NCBI RefSeq assembly: GCF_963921235.1
Contig: NC_086097.1
Location: 255,690,001 to 255,754,000 of the forward strand
Direction: 5' to 3'
DNA length: 64,000 nt
DNA from: Mobula hypostoma
Taxonomy: Eukaryota
Part shown: in pieces, positions 12,749 through 25,470 of the stretch
Layout: each line of letters begins with the position of its first letter
How positions within the stretch are numbered: position 1 is the first letter of the stretch
The notes under the pieces: model-generated
The model's database searches: none
Told to the model about the DNA's origin: nothing
The model's input: the letters and a program-made list of their open reading frames with translations, nothing else
Position numbers and translations under genes: made by a program

Positions 12749-15700
12749 CCATAAGACCATAAGGCAAAGGAGCAGAAGTCAGCCATTTGGCCCATCGAAT
12801 CTGTTCCACCATTTTATCATGAGCTGATCCATACTCCCATTTAGTCCCACTCGCCCACCTTCTCACCATAACCTTTGATGCCCTGGCTACTCAGATACCT
12901 ATCAATCTCTGCCTTAAATACATCCGATGACTTGGCCTCCACTGCTGCCCATGGCAACAAATTCCACAGATTCACCACCCTCTGACTAAAAAAATTTCTT
13001 CGCATTTCTGTTCTGAATGGGCGCCCTTCAACCCTTAAGTCATGCCCTCTCATACTAGACTCCCCCATCATGGGAAACAACTTTGCCACATCCACTCTGT
13101 CCATGCCTTTCAACATTCGAAATGTTTCTATGAGTTCTCCCCTCATTCTTCTAAACTCCAAGGAATACAGTCCAAGAGCGGACAAACGTTCCTCATATGT
13201 TAACCCTCTCATTCCCGGAATCATTCTCGAGAATCTTCTCTGTACTCTCTCCAACGTCAGCACATCCTTTCTGAAATAAGGAGACCAAAACTGCCCACGG
13301 TACTCCAAGTGAGGTCTCACCAGTGCCTTATAGAGCCTCAACATCACATCCCTGCTCCTATACTCTATTCCTCTAGAAATGAATGCCAATAGTGCATTCG
13401 CCTTCTTCACTACTGACTTAACCTGGAGGTTAACTTTAAGGGTATCCTGTACGAGGACTCCCAAGTCCTGTTGCATCTCAGAACTTTGAATTCTTTCCCC
13501 ATTTAAATAATAGTCTGCCCGTTTATGTTTTCTGCAAAAGTGCATAACCATACACTTTCCAACATTGTACTTCATTTGCCACTTCTCTGCTCATTCTTCC
13601 AATCTATCCAAGTCTCTCTGCAGACTCTCCGTTTCCTCAGCACTACCGGCCCCTCCACCTACCTTCGTATTGTCAGCAAACTTAGCCACAAAGCCATCTA
13701 TTCCATAATCCAAATCGTTGATGTACAATGTAAAAAGAAGCGGCCCCAACACTGATCCCTGTGGAACACCACTGGTAACCGGCAGCCAACAAGAATAGGA
13801 TCCCTTTATTCCCACTCTCTGTTTCCTGCCAATCAGCCAACGCTCTGTCCACGTATGTAACTTTCCCGTAATTCCATGGGCTCTTATCTTGTTAAGTAGC
13901 CTCATGTCTGGCACTTTGTCAAAGGCCTTCTGAAAATCCAAATATACAACATCCACTACATCTCCCTTGTCTAGCCTACTGGTAATTTCCTCAAAAAATT
14001 GTAATAGGTTTGTCAGGCAGGATTTTCCTTTAAGGAATCCATGCTGAGTTTTGCCTATCTTGTCATATGCCTCCAGGTACTCTGTAACCTCATCCTTGAC
14101 AATCGACTCCAACAACTTCCCAACCACCGATGTCAAGTTAACAGATCTATAACTTCCTTTTTGCTTCCTTGCCCCCTTCTTAAATAGCGGAGTGACATTT
14201 GCAATCTTCCAGTCTTCCGGAACCATGCCAGAATCTTTGACTTTTGAAAGATCATCGCTAATGCCTCCGCAATCTCCACAGCTACTTCCTTCAGAACACG
14301 AGGGTGCATTCCATCTGGTCCAGGAGATTTATCTACCTTTAGACTATTCAGCTTCCTGAGTACTTTCTCTGTCGTAATTGTGACTGCGCACACTTCTCTT
14401 CCCTGCCACCCTTGAGTGTCTGGTATACTGCTGATGTCTTCCTCAGTGAAGACTGATGCAAAATACTCATTCAGTTCCTCTGCCATCTCCTTATCTCCCA
14501 TTACAATTTCTCCAGCATCATTTTCTATCGGTCCTATATCTACTCTCACCTGTCTTTTACTATTTATATACTTGAAAAAGCTTTTAGTATCCTCTTTGAT
14601 ATTATTTGCTAGCTTCCTTTCATAGTTAATCTTTTCTCTCTTAATGACCTTCTTGGTTTCCTTTTGTAAGGTTTTAAAAACTTCCCAATCCTCTGTCTTC
14701 CCACTAATTTTTGCTTCCTTGTATGCCCTCTCCTTTGCTTCAACTTTGGTTTTGACTTCTCTTGTCATCCATGGTTGCACTTGAAAATTTCTTCTTTTTT
14801 GGAATATACCTGTCTTGCACCTTCCTCATTTCTCGCATAAACTCCAGCCACTGCTGCTCTGCTGTCTTTCCTGCCAGTGTCCCTTTCCAGTCAACTTTGG
14901 CCAGTTCCTCTCTCATGCCACTGTAATTTCCTTTACTCCACTGAAATACCGACACATCAGATTTCGGCTTCTCTTTTTCTAATTTCACAGTGAACTCAAT
15001 CATGTTATGATCACTGCCTCCTAAGGGTTCCTTCACCTCAATCTCTCTAATCACCTCCGGTTCATTACACAATACTCAATCCAGTACAGCCGATCCCCTA
15101 GTGGGCTTAACAACAAGCTGTTCTAAAAAGCCATCTCGCAGACATTCTACAAATTCTCTCTCTTAAGATCCAGTGCTGACCTGATTTTCCCCATCTACTC
15201 CCATGTTAAAATCCCCCACAATTATCATAACACTGCCCTTCTGACAAGCCTTTTCTATTTCCAGTTGTAATTTGTAGTCCACATCCCTGCAGCTGTTTAG
15301 AGGCCTATAAATAACTGCCATCAGATACACCGTGTATCCCTGGACGTTCAGCTCCCAGAGACATGTATCCTTTAGCCAGGTCTCACTGTTGGCCACAATA
15401 TCATACCTGCCAATCTGTAGCTGTACGACAAGATCATCCACCTTATTCCTTATGCTGCGTGCATTTAAGTACAACACCTTAAGACCAGTATTTGATACTT
15501 TTCGCTTTGATTTCACTGCAACTTTATTGCACTGCAACTCATCCCAATGGCTACAAATTTGCCCCATCACCTGCCTGTCTTTCCTGACATCTTTACTGCT
15601 CACTATCTTAAATTTATTTCTGTTTTCCCCTTCCTCCGCTCTGTCATTCTGGTTCCCATCCCCCTGCCAAATTAGTTTAAACCCTCCCTAACAGCTGTAT

Positions 15701-16305
15701 TAAACTTTCCCGTCAGGATATTGGTCCCCTTCAGGTTCAGGTGTAACCTGTCCATTTTGAACAGGTCATACTTCCCCCAGAAGAGATCCCAATTATCCAA
15801 GTATCTGAAGACCTGCCCCCTACACCAGTCTCTCAGTCACGCATTCATCTGCCTGATCCTACTATTCTCGCCCTCGCTAGCACGTGGCACAGGTAGCAAT
15901 CCCAAGATTACTACCCTGGAGGTCCTGCTTCTCAGCTTCCTTCCTAACTCCCGGAAATCTCTCTTCAGGACCTCCTCCTTTGTCCTATCCATGTCATTGG
16001 TACCAACATGTACCAAGACAACTGGCTGCTCACCCTCCCCCTTCAGAATATTCAGGACCTGATCCAAAACATCCCGTACCCTGGCACCTGGGAGGCAACA
16101 CACCATGCGGGTATCTCTATCAGGCTCACAGAATCTCCTGTCTGTTCCCCTGACTATGGAATCCCCTACGACTACTGCATTCCTCTTCTCCCTCCTCTCC
16201 TGCACAACAGCGCCAGGCTCAGTGCCAGAGACCCGGTCACCGTGGGTGTCCCCTGTCAGGTCATCCCCCTCAACAGCATCCAGAACAAGATATTTGTTGC
16301 TGAGG
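12749..16305 (-). mobile_element. CR1 LINE (subfamily A), near full length: ORF1 esterase plus disrupted ORF2
   Basis: VVVGDSIVRG and HVGTND (SGNH). LNARSIRNK (APE) and RT motifs. (TCTTATGG)n-type tail. Internal deletion at about 15325 relative to the copy at 38090-38245. Confidence 0.95.
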
Positions 16306-16489
16306 TTCCCTCAGTGTCTGATCCCCCCATTATGCCTCCTCTTGGTGCAGCTTCGATATTGTCCTTGATTAGTGGTGTAAGTCCACCCTCTTTTTCTTAT
16401 CTCCTCCTCTATCTTTCTAAAAATTCAAAAAACTGGTGCATTAGTCACCTATTCCTGCCCCTCCCTCATCAAGTTTCATTGGGCACTAA

Positions 16490-17840
16490 CAGTGTGGAAG
16501 ACACCAGCCGTGTGCCAGATGTTGAAGGGTGTGAGGGAATAGAGGTGAGTGCAGTTATTATTATAAGAGAGAAAGTGCTCTAAAAGCTGAAAGACCTAAG
16601 GGTACATAAGTCACCCAGACTAGATGAACTGCATTTATGAACTGCAGGTTATGGAACAGGGTTCTGAAAGAAGTAGCAGTAGAGATTGTAGAGGCATTAG
16701 AAATGATCTTTCAAAAAATTATTGGACTCTGGCATAGTGCCAGAGGACTAGAAAATTACAAATGTCACTTCACTCTTTAAGTAAGGAGAAAGGCAGCAGA
16801 AAAGAAATTTTAGACCAGTTAGCCTGTCCTCAATGGTTGGGAAGTTGTTGGAGTAAATTGCTAAGGATGAGGTTATGGAGTACTGGTGACACAGGACAAG
16901 ATAGGACAAAATCTGCATGGTTTCCTCAAGGGAGATTCCTGCCTGACAAACCTGTTGGAATTCTTTGAGGAGATCAGAAGTAGGATAGATAAAGGGGATT
17001 CAGTGGATATTGTATATTTGGACTTCAGAAGGCCTTTGACAAGGTGCCACGAATAAGGCTGCTTACCAAGCTACAAGCCCATGGTATTACAGAAAAGTTA
17101 CTAACATGTTTGGAGCATTAGCTGATTGGTAGGAGGCAGCGAGTGGGAATAAAAGGATCCTTTTCTGATTGGCTAGCAGTGACTAGTGATCTTCCACAGG
17201 GGTCGGTGTTGGGAACACTTCTTTTTATGCTGAAAATAAATAATTTAAATGATGGAATAGATGGCTTTGTTGGCAAGTTTGCAGATGCTGCCTGGTTTAG
17301 AAAGTATGCATTATGATCAGAGATTAAGGGAGCTAGTGCTTTACTCTTTGGAGAGAAGGAGGATGAGAGGAGACATGATAGAGGTGTACAAGATAATAAG
17401 AAGAATAGATAGAGTGGTTGGTGCGTGGAATGCACTGCCTGAGTCAGTGGTGGAGGCAGATACACTAGTGAAATTTAAGAGACTACTAGACCAGTATATG
17501 GAGGAATTTAAGGTAGGGGACTTATATGGGAGGCAGGGTTTGAGGGTCGGAACCACATTGTGGGCCGAAGGACCTGTACTGTGCTGTAGTATTCTATGTT
17601 TCTATGTTTCTATGATACGAAGATTGGTGGGGGAGCAAGTAGTGTTGAGGAAACAGGTAGGATGCAGAAGAACTTAGAGAGATTAGGAGAATGGGCAAGT
17701 ATGTGGCAAATGAAATACAATGTGGGAAAATGCACGATCATGCACTTTGGTAATGGAAATAAATATGCGGACTATTTTCTAAATGGGGAGATAATCCAAA
17801 AATCTGAGATGCAAAGGGATTTGAGAGTCCTTGTACGGAA
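16490..17840 (+). mobile_element. CR1 RT fragment, interrupted at 17291-17611 by a subfamily F 3' end
   Basis: Host KFAD|DTKIGG is split by a CR1 3' segment ending 'ttctatgtttctatg'. Confidence 0.85.
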
Positions 17841-20058
17841 TATAGAACATAGAATAGTACAGCACAGTACAGGCCCTTCGGCCTACAATGTTGTGCCGAC
17901 CCTCAAACCCTGCCTCCCATATAACCCCCTACCTTAAATTCCTCCATATACTGGTCTAGTAGTCTCTTAAATTTCACTAGTGTATCTGCCTCCACCACTG
18001 ACTCAGGCAGTGCATTCCACGCACCAACCACTCTCTGAGTAAAAAACCTCCCTCTAATATCCCCCTTGAACTCCCTACTCCTTATCTTAAAGCCATGTCC
18101 TCTTGTATTGAGCAGTGGTGCCCTGGGGAAGAGGTGTTGGCTGTCCACTCTATCTATTCCTCTTATTACCCACAATAGGCAGGAGGAGAAGATGGCAGCA
18201 CGATGCAGCACACGCAGCTCTCCAGTGAAATGATATCGTTTCTGTTAAATAGGGGCCGTGGACAATTCTGATTTGATGGAGACAGACGTGAAAGCACAGA
18301 GGACCATCTGGAGAAATTTCTGAAATGCCAGTTCGCTGCCGCTGTTACTGAGCGATCGAGAATCTTCCGGAGGGAAGGCCCCAAAATCCCTGGCTTTGCC
18401 TGCTGCTGGCGACCGTGGCTGAGGTCGAATCGTTCGGATAGAGATGATGCTTGGTACTCGGTGTCGGAGGGCTGATCAGAGGCTCGAAGTTTTCGGACGA
18501 TTCAGAGTCGGACTGTGGTCGGGCATGGCAGAGACGGTTTTCTTCCTTCTCCTGTCTGTGTGAGATGTGGGACATTCGAGAGACTTTGAACTTTTTTTAC
18601 TGTTCCATGGCCTGTTCTTCATCAAGTTATGGTATTGTTGCACTGTTGTAACTATACGTTATAATTATCTGGTTTTTGTTAGTTTTTCAGTCTTAGTCTG
18701 TCCTGTGTTTTTGTGATATCACACCAGAGGAATACTGTATCATTACTTAATGCATGCATTACTAAGTGACAATAAAAGAGGACTGTGTGTCCTCATAATC
18801 TAAAAAAAAATTTTGTATGCCTCTATCATGACTCCTCTCATCCTCCTTCTCTCCAAAGAGTAAAACCCTAGCTCCCTTAATCTCTGATCATAATGCATAC
18901 TCTCTAAACCAGGCAGCATCCTGGTAAATCTCCTCTGTACCCTTTTCAATGCTTCCACATCCTTCCTATAGTGAGGCGACCAGAACTGGACACAGTGCTC
19001 CAAGTGTGGCCTAACCAGAGTTTTATAGAGCTGCTTCATTACCTTGCGACTCTTAAACTCCAACCCTCGACTTATGAAAGCTAATGCCCCATAAGCTTTC
19101 TTAACTAGCCTATCCACCTGTGGGGCAACTTTCAGGGATCTGTGGAAATGTACTCCCAGATCCCTCCGCTCCTCCACACTACCAAGTATCCTGACATTTA
19201 CTTTGTACTCTGCCTTGGAGATTGTCCTTCCAAAGTGTACCACCTCACACTTCTCTGGGTTGAACTCCATCTGCCACTTCTCAGCCCACTTCTGCATCCT
19301 ATCAATATCTCTCTGCAATCTTCGACAATCCTCTACACTATCTACAACACCACCAACCTTTGTCTCATCTGTAAACTTGCCAACCCACCCTTCTACCCCC
19401 ACATCCAGGTCGTTAATAAAAATCACAAAAAGTAGAGGTCCCTGAACCAATCCTTGTGGGACACCACTAGTCACAACCCTCCAATCTGAATGTACTCCCT
19501 CCACCACCACCCTCTGCCTTCTGCAGGCAAGCCAATTCTGAATCCACCTGGCCAACTTCCCTGGATCCCATGCCTTCTGACTTTCTGAATAAGCCTACCA
19601 TGTGGAACCTTGTCAAATGCCTTACTAAAATCCATGTAGATCACATCTACTGCACTACCCTCATCTATATGCCTGGTCACCTCCTCAAAGAACTCTATCA
19701 GGCTTGATAGACACAATCTGCCCTTCACAAAGCCATGCTGACTGCCCCTGATCAGACCATGACACTCTAAATGTCCATAGATCCTATCTCTAAGAATCTT
19801 TTCCAACAGCTTTCCCACCACATACGTAAGGCTCACTGGTCTATAATTACCCGGACTATCCCTACTACCTTTTTTGAACAAGGGGACAACATTCGTCTCC
19901 CTCCAATCCTCCGGTACCATTCCCGTGGACAACGATGACATAAAGATCCTAGCCAGAGGCTCAGCAATCTCTTCCCTCACCTCGTGGAGCAGCCTGGGGA
20001 ATATTCCGTCAGGCCCCAGGGACTTATCCGTCCTAATGTATTTTAACAACTCCAACAC
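17840..20058 (-). mobile_element. CR1 LINE (subfamily F), 5'-truncated, interrupted by the insertion at 18168-18810
   Basis: Collinear with 9470-11030. RT ORFs at 18800-20058. Confidence 0.93.
18168..18810 (+). mobile_element. Non-autonomous SINE-like retroposon with A tail, family unassigned
   Basis: Cleanly splits host 'cctcttatta|t(c/t)ttgta'. GC-rich 5' part with AAGATGGC. LINE-type 3' end 'gacaataaaagaggactgtgtgtcctcataatct' followed by A9. Confidence 0.7.
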
Positions 20059-21623
20059 AATGCCAGGAGCATTCGTAACAAGGTGGATGAATTAAAAATG
20101 CAGATTGTTATTAATGAATATGATATAGTTGGGATCACAGAGACATGGCTCCAGGGTGACCAAGGATGGGAGCTCAACATTCAGGGATATTCAATATTCA
20201 GGAGGGATAGACATGAAAGAAAAGGAGGTGGGGTAGCATTGCTGGTTAGAGAGGAGATTAACGCAATAGAAAGGAAGGACATCATCCGGGAGGATGTGGA
20301 AGCAATATGAGTAGAGCTGCATAACACTAAGGGGCAGAAAACGCTGGTGGGAGTTGTGTACAGGCCACCTAACAGTAGTAATGAGGTTGGAGATGGCATT
20401 AAACAGGAAATTAGAAATGCGTGCAATAAAGGAGCAGCAGTTATAATGGGTGACTTCAATCTACATATAGATTGGGTGAACCAAATTGGTAAGGGTGCTG
20501 AGGAAGAGGATTTCTTGGAATGTATGCGGGATGGTTTTTTGAACCAACATGTCGAGGAACCAACTAGAGAGCAGGCTATTTTAGACTGGGTATTGAGCAA
20601 TGAGGAAGGGTTAATTAGCAATCTTGTCGTGAGAGGCCCCTTGGGTAAGAGTGACCATAATATGGTGGAATTCTTCATTAAGATGGAGAGTGACATAGTT
20701 AATTCAGAAACAAAGGTTCTGAACTTAAAGAAGGGTAACTTTGAAGGTATGAGACGTGAATTAGCTAAGATAGACTGGCAAATGACACTTACAGCGTTGA
20801 CGGTGGATATGCAATGGCAAGCATTTAAAGATTGCATGGATGAACTGCAACAATTGTTCATCCCAGTTTGACAAAAGAATAAATCAGGGAAGGTAGTGCA
20901 CCCGTGGCTGACAAGGGAAATTAGGGATAGTATCAATTCCAAAGAAGAAGCATACAAATTAGCCAGAAAAAGTGGCTCACCTGAGGACTGGGAGAAATTC
21001 AGAGTCCAGCAGAGGAGGACAAAGGGCTTAATTAGGAAGGGGAAAAAAGATTATGAGAGAAAACGGGCAGGGAACATAAAAACTGACTGTAAATGCTTTT
21101 ATAGATATGTGAAAAGAAAAAGATTCGCTAAGACAAATGTAGGTCCCTTACAGACAGAAACAGGTGAATTGATTATGGGGAGGAAGGACATGGCAGACCA
21201 ATTGAATAATTACTTTGGTTCTGTCTTCACTAAGGAGGACATAAATAATCTTCTGGAAATAGTAGGGGACAGAGGGTCCAGTGAGATGGAGGAACTGAGG
21301 GAAATACATGTTACTATACTGAAACATCTTGTTTCAGTCCAAGTGAGCAGCTGAGAAGCGGTGAAGAAATCGGGTAGAAAAAGGTCTTTTTTTTTAAACA
21401 CTGCTCGGGGAGAAGGGTCTGCACTGAGCAGGCGCGTGACGTAGCGCGCCAAAGGTTGAAAAAGCAGACCACCATATACAGCGGCCATCATTGTAGCAGC
21501 CATCGTCGGAGTGGACTGAGTCAGAGTGGGACAGCTTTGGCTCAAACAGGCTTCCGCGAGAACAGGCAGAGGCCAGGGTAGGTTCCGGTAAGTTTTTTGT
21601 TCAGATTGTTTAGTGCAGTGAGA

Positions 21624-22546
21624 ATGCCAGGCAGGATGTTGGAATGCTCCTCTTGCAGGATGTGGGAAGTCAGGGAGCCCTCCAGTGTCCCTGACAACGA
21701 CACCTGCAAGAAGTGCATCCAGCTGCAGCTCCTAACAAACCGCGTTAGGGAACTGGAGCAGCAGCTGGATGACCTGCGGATCATTGGGGAGAATGAGGAG
21801 ATTATAGATCGTAGCTACAGGGAGGTAGTTACGCCAAAGGAGCAGAGGGCAGGAAATTGGGTCACTGTCAGGTGAGGGAAGAGGAAAGGGCAGGCAGAGC
21901 AGGGTTCCCCTGTGGCCATTCCCCTCAACAACAAGTATACCGCATTGGATACTGTTGGGGGGGATGACTTACCTGGGACTAGCTGCAGTAGCCGGATCTC
22001 TGGCACTGAGTCTGGCTCTGCAGTGCAGAAGGGAGGGGGGAAAAGAGGAGAGCGGTAGTGATAGGGGACTCGATAGTTAGAGGTGCAGATAGAAGGTTCT
22101 GTGGTCGTGACAGAGAATCCAGGATGGTTTGTTGCCTCCCAGGTGCCAGGGTCAAGGATGTCTCTGATCGATTGCATGACATTCTAAAGTGGGAGAGTGA
22201 CCAGCCAGATGTCGTGGTGCACATTGGTACCAATGACATAGCAAGGAAGAGTGAAGAGGTCCTGGACAGTGAGTATAGAGAGCTTGGTAGGAAGTTGAAA
22301 AGCAGGACCTCAAGGGTGGTAATCTCAGGCTAGGTGCCAGTGAGGGTAGGAATAGGATGCTCTGGAGGAGGAACAAGTAGCTGAGGAACTGGTGAAAGGG
22401 GGCAGGGTTTCAGATTTCAGGATCATTGGGACCTCTTCTGGGGCAGGTGGGACCTGTACAAGAGAGACGGGTTACACTTGAACCACAGGGGGACCAATAT
22501 CCTTTCAGGGAGTTTTGTTAGTGCTATTGGTGAGGCTTTAAACTAG
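21624..22546 (+). pseudogene. CR1 ORF1: zinc finger/leucine zipper plus SGNH esterase, with internal stops and frameshifts
   Basis: CSSC...CKKC, heptad LTNRVRELEQQL, GDS, GTND, DGLHLN, ending EALN*. Confidence 0.9.
22537..22543 (+). promoter_or_regulatory. Candidate -1 ribosomal frameshift slippery site T_TTA_AAC. Homologous sites at 8041-8047 (+), 12440-12446 (-), 15675-15681 (-), 37758-37764 (+) and 44949-44955 (+)
   Basis: X_XXY_YYZ heptamer in the ORF1 frame directly before the stop. The -1 frame reads FKLDLQGDGN... into the APE domain. Confidence 0.65.
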
Positions 22547-25470
22547 ATTTGCAGGGGGATGGGAACCAGAGTGCCAGAGCTGACAGTGTGGCTGGGGTGA
22601 AAATAAATGATGTTGAAAGTTTAAGCAAATCCGCTGATAGAAAGGTTGTGAGTGGTGGTAAAAATCTTCTGAGGTGTATATATTTCAATGCTAGGAGTAT
22701 TGCGGGGAAGGCGGATGAGTTGAGTGCGTGGATTGACACGTGGAATTATGATGTTGTAGCAATTAGTGAAACTTGGCTACAGGAGGGGCAGGACTGGCAG
22801 CTTAATATTCCAGGGTTCCGATGTTTCAGATGTGATCGAGGCAGAGGAATGAAAGGTGGGGGAGTAACATTGCTTGTTAAGGAAAATATAACAGCAGTGC
22901 TCAGGCAGGACAGATTAGAGGGCTTGTCTACTGAGTCCTTATGGGTGAAGCTGAGAAACAGGAAAGGTATGGCCACATTAGTGGGATTGTATTACAGACC
23001 ACCCAATAGTCAACGAGACTTGGAAGAGCAAATCTGCAGAGAGATAGCAGGCAACTGCAGGAAACATAAAGTTGTGGTGGTAGGGGATTTTAATTTTCCA
23101 TACATTGATTGGGACTCCCATACTGTTAGGGGTCTAGACGGTTTAGAGTTTGTAAAATGTGTTCAGGAAAGTTTTCTAAATCAATATATAGAGGGACCAA
23201 CTAGAGGGGATGCAATATTGGATCTCCTGTTAGGAAACAAATTAGGGCAAGTGACAGAAGTCTGTGTAGGGGAGCACTTTGGTTCCAGTGATCATAACAC
23301 CATTAGTTTCAATTTGATCATGGACAAGGATAGATCTGGCCGTAGGGTTGAGGTTCTGAACTGGAAGAAGGCTAAGTTTGAAGAAATGAGAAAGGATCTA
23401 AAAAGCGTGGATTGGGACAGGTTGTTCTCTGGCAAAGATGTGATTGGTAGGTGGGAAGCCTTCAAAGGGGAAATTTTGAGAGTGCAGAGTTTGTATGTTC
23501 CTGTCAGGATTAAAGGCAAATTGAATAGGAATAAGGAACCTTGGTTCTCAAGGGATATTGCAACTCTGATAAAGAAGAAGAGGGAGTTGTATGAAATGAA
23601 TAGGAAACAGGGAGTAAATCAGGTGCTTGAGGAGTATAAGAAGTGCAAGAAAAGACTTAAGAAAGAAATCAGGAGGGCTAAAAGAAGACATGAGGTTGCC
23701 TTGGCAGTCAAAGTGAAGGATAATCCAAAGAGCTTTTACAGGTATATTAAGACCAAAAGGATTGTAAGGGATAAAATTGGTCCTCTTGAAGATCAGAGTG
23801 GTCGGTTATGTGTGGAACCAAAGGAAATGGGGGAGATCTTAAATAGGTCTTTTGCGTCTGTATTCACTAAGGAAACTGGCATGAAGTCTATGGAATTGAG
23901 GGAATCAAGTAGTGAGATCATGGAAACTGTACAGATTGAAAAGGAGGAGGTGCTTGCTGCCTTGAGGATAATTAAAGTGGATAAATCCCCAGGACCTGAC
24001 AGTGTTCCCTCGGGCCTTGAAGGAGACTAGTGTTGAAATTGCAGGGGCCTTGGCAGAAATACTTAAAATGTCGCTGTCTACGGGTGAAGTGCCAGAGAAT
24101 TGGAGAGTGGCTCATGTTGTTCCGTTGTTTAAAAAACGATCGAAAAGTAATCCGGGAAATTATAGGCCGGTGAGTTTAACGTCAGTAGTAGGTAAGTTAT
24201 TGGAGGGAGTACTAAGAGACAGAATCTACAAGCATTTGGATAGACAGGGGCTTATTAGGGAGAGTCAACATGGCTTTGTGCGTGGTAGGTCATGTTTGAC
24301 CAACCTGTTGGAGTTTTTCGAGGAGGTTACCAGGAAAGTGGATGAAGGGAGGGCAGTGGATATTGTCTACATGGACTTCAGTAAGGACTTTGACAAGGTC
24401 CCGCATGGGAGGTTAGTTAGGAAAATTCAGTCACTAGGTATACATGGAGAGGTGGTAAATTGGATTAGACATTGGCTCGATGGAAGAAGCCAGAGAGTGG
24501 TGGTAGAGAATTGCTTCTCTGAGTGGAGGCCTGTGACTAGTGGTGTGCCACAGGGATCAGTGCTGGGTCCATTGTTATTTGTCATCTATATCAATGATCT
24601 GGATAATAATGTGGTAAATTGGATCAGCAAGTTTGCTGATAATACAAAGATTGGAGGTGTAGTAGACAGTGAGGAAGGTTTTCAGAGCCTGCAGAGGGAC
24701 TTGGACCAGCTGGAAAAATGGGCTGAAAAATGGCAGATGGAGTTTAATACTGACAAGTGTGAGGTATTGCACGTTGGAAGGACAAACCAAGGTAGAACAT
24801 ACAAGGTTAATGGTAAGGCACTGAGGAGTGCAGTAGAACAGAGGAATCCGGGAATACAGTTACAAAATTCCCTAAAAGTGTTGTCACAGGTCGATAGGGT
24901 GGTAAAGAGAGCTTTTGGTACATTGGCCTTTATTAAACAAAGTATTGAGTATAAGAGCTGGAATGTTATGATGAGGTTGTATAAGGCATTGGTGAGGCCG
25001 AATCTGGAGTATTGTGTTCAGTTTTGGTCACCAAATTACAGGAAGGATATAAATAAGGTTGAAAGAGTGCAGAGAAGGTTTACAAGGATGTTGCCGGGAC
25101 TTGAGAAACTCAGTGACAGAGAAAGGTTGAATAGGTTAGGACTTTATTCCCTGGAGTGTAGAAGAATGAGGGGAGATTTGATAGAGATATATAAAATTAT
25201 GATGGGTATAGATAGAGTGAATGCAAGCAGGCTTTTTCCACTGAGGCAAGGGGAGAAAAAAACCAGAGGACATGGGTTAAGGGTGAGAGGGGAAAAGTTT
25301 AAAGGGAACATTAGGGGGGGGCTTCTTCACACAGAGAGTGGTGGGAGTATGGAATGAGCTGCCAGACGAGGTGGTAAATGCGGGTTCTTTTTTAACATTT
25401 AAGAATAAATTGGACAGATACATGGGTGGGAGGTGTATGGAGGGATATGGTCCGTGTGCAGGTCAGTGGG
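22537..25470 (+). pseudogene. CR1 ORF2: APE endonuclease plus reverse transcriptase, frameshifts at about 24000 and 25320
   Basis: ORFs 22549-24030 (FNARSI, ISETW, GDFN, SDH) and 24002-25357 (QGSVLGP, KFADN, RPNLEYC). Confidence 0.95.

Noticed and set aside
22559..22561. ATG in GGGATGGG as the ORF2 start for termination-reinitiation
   Set aside because: It is in the ORF1 frame, not the ORF2 frame, and is GTG in the 37758 and 44949 copies.
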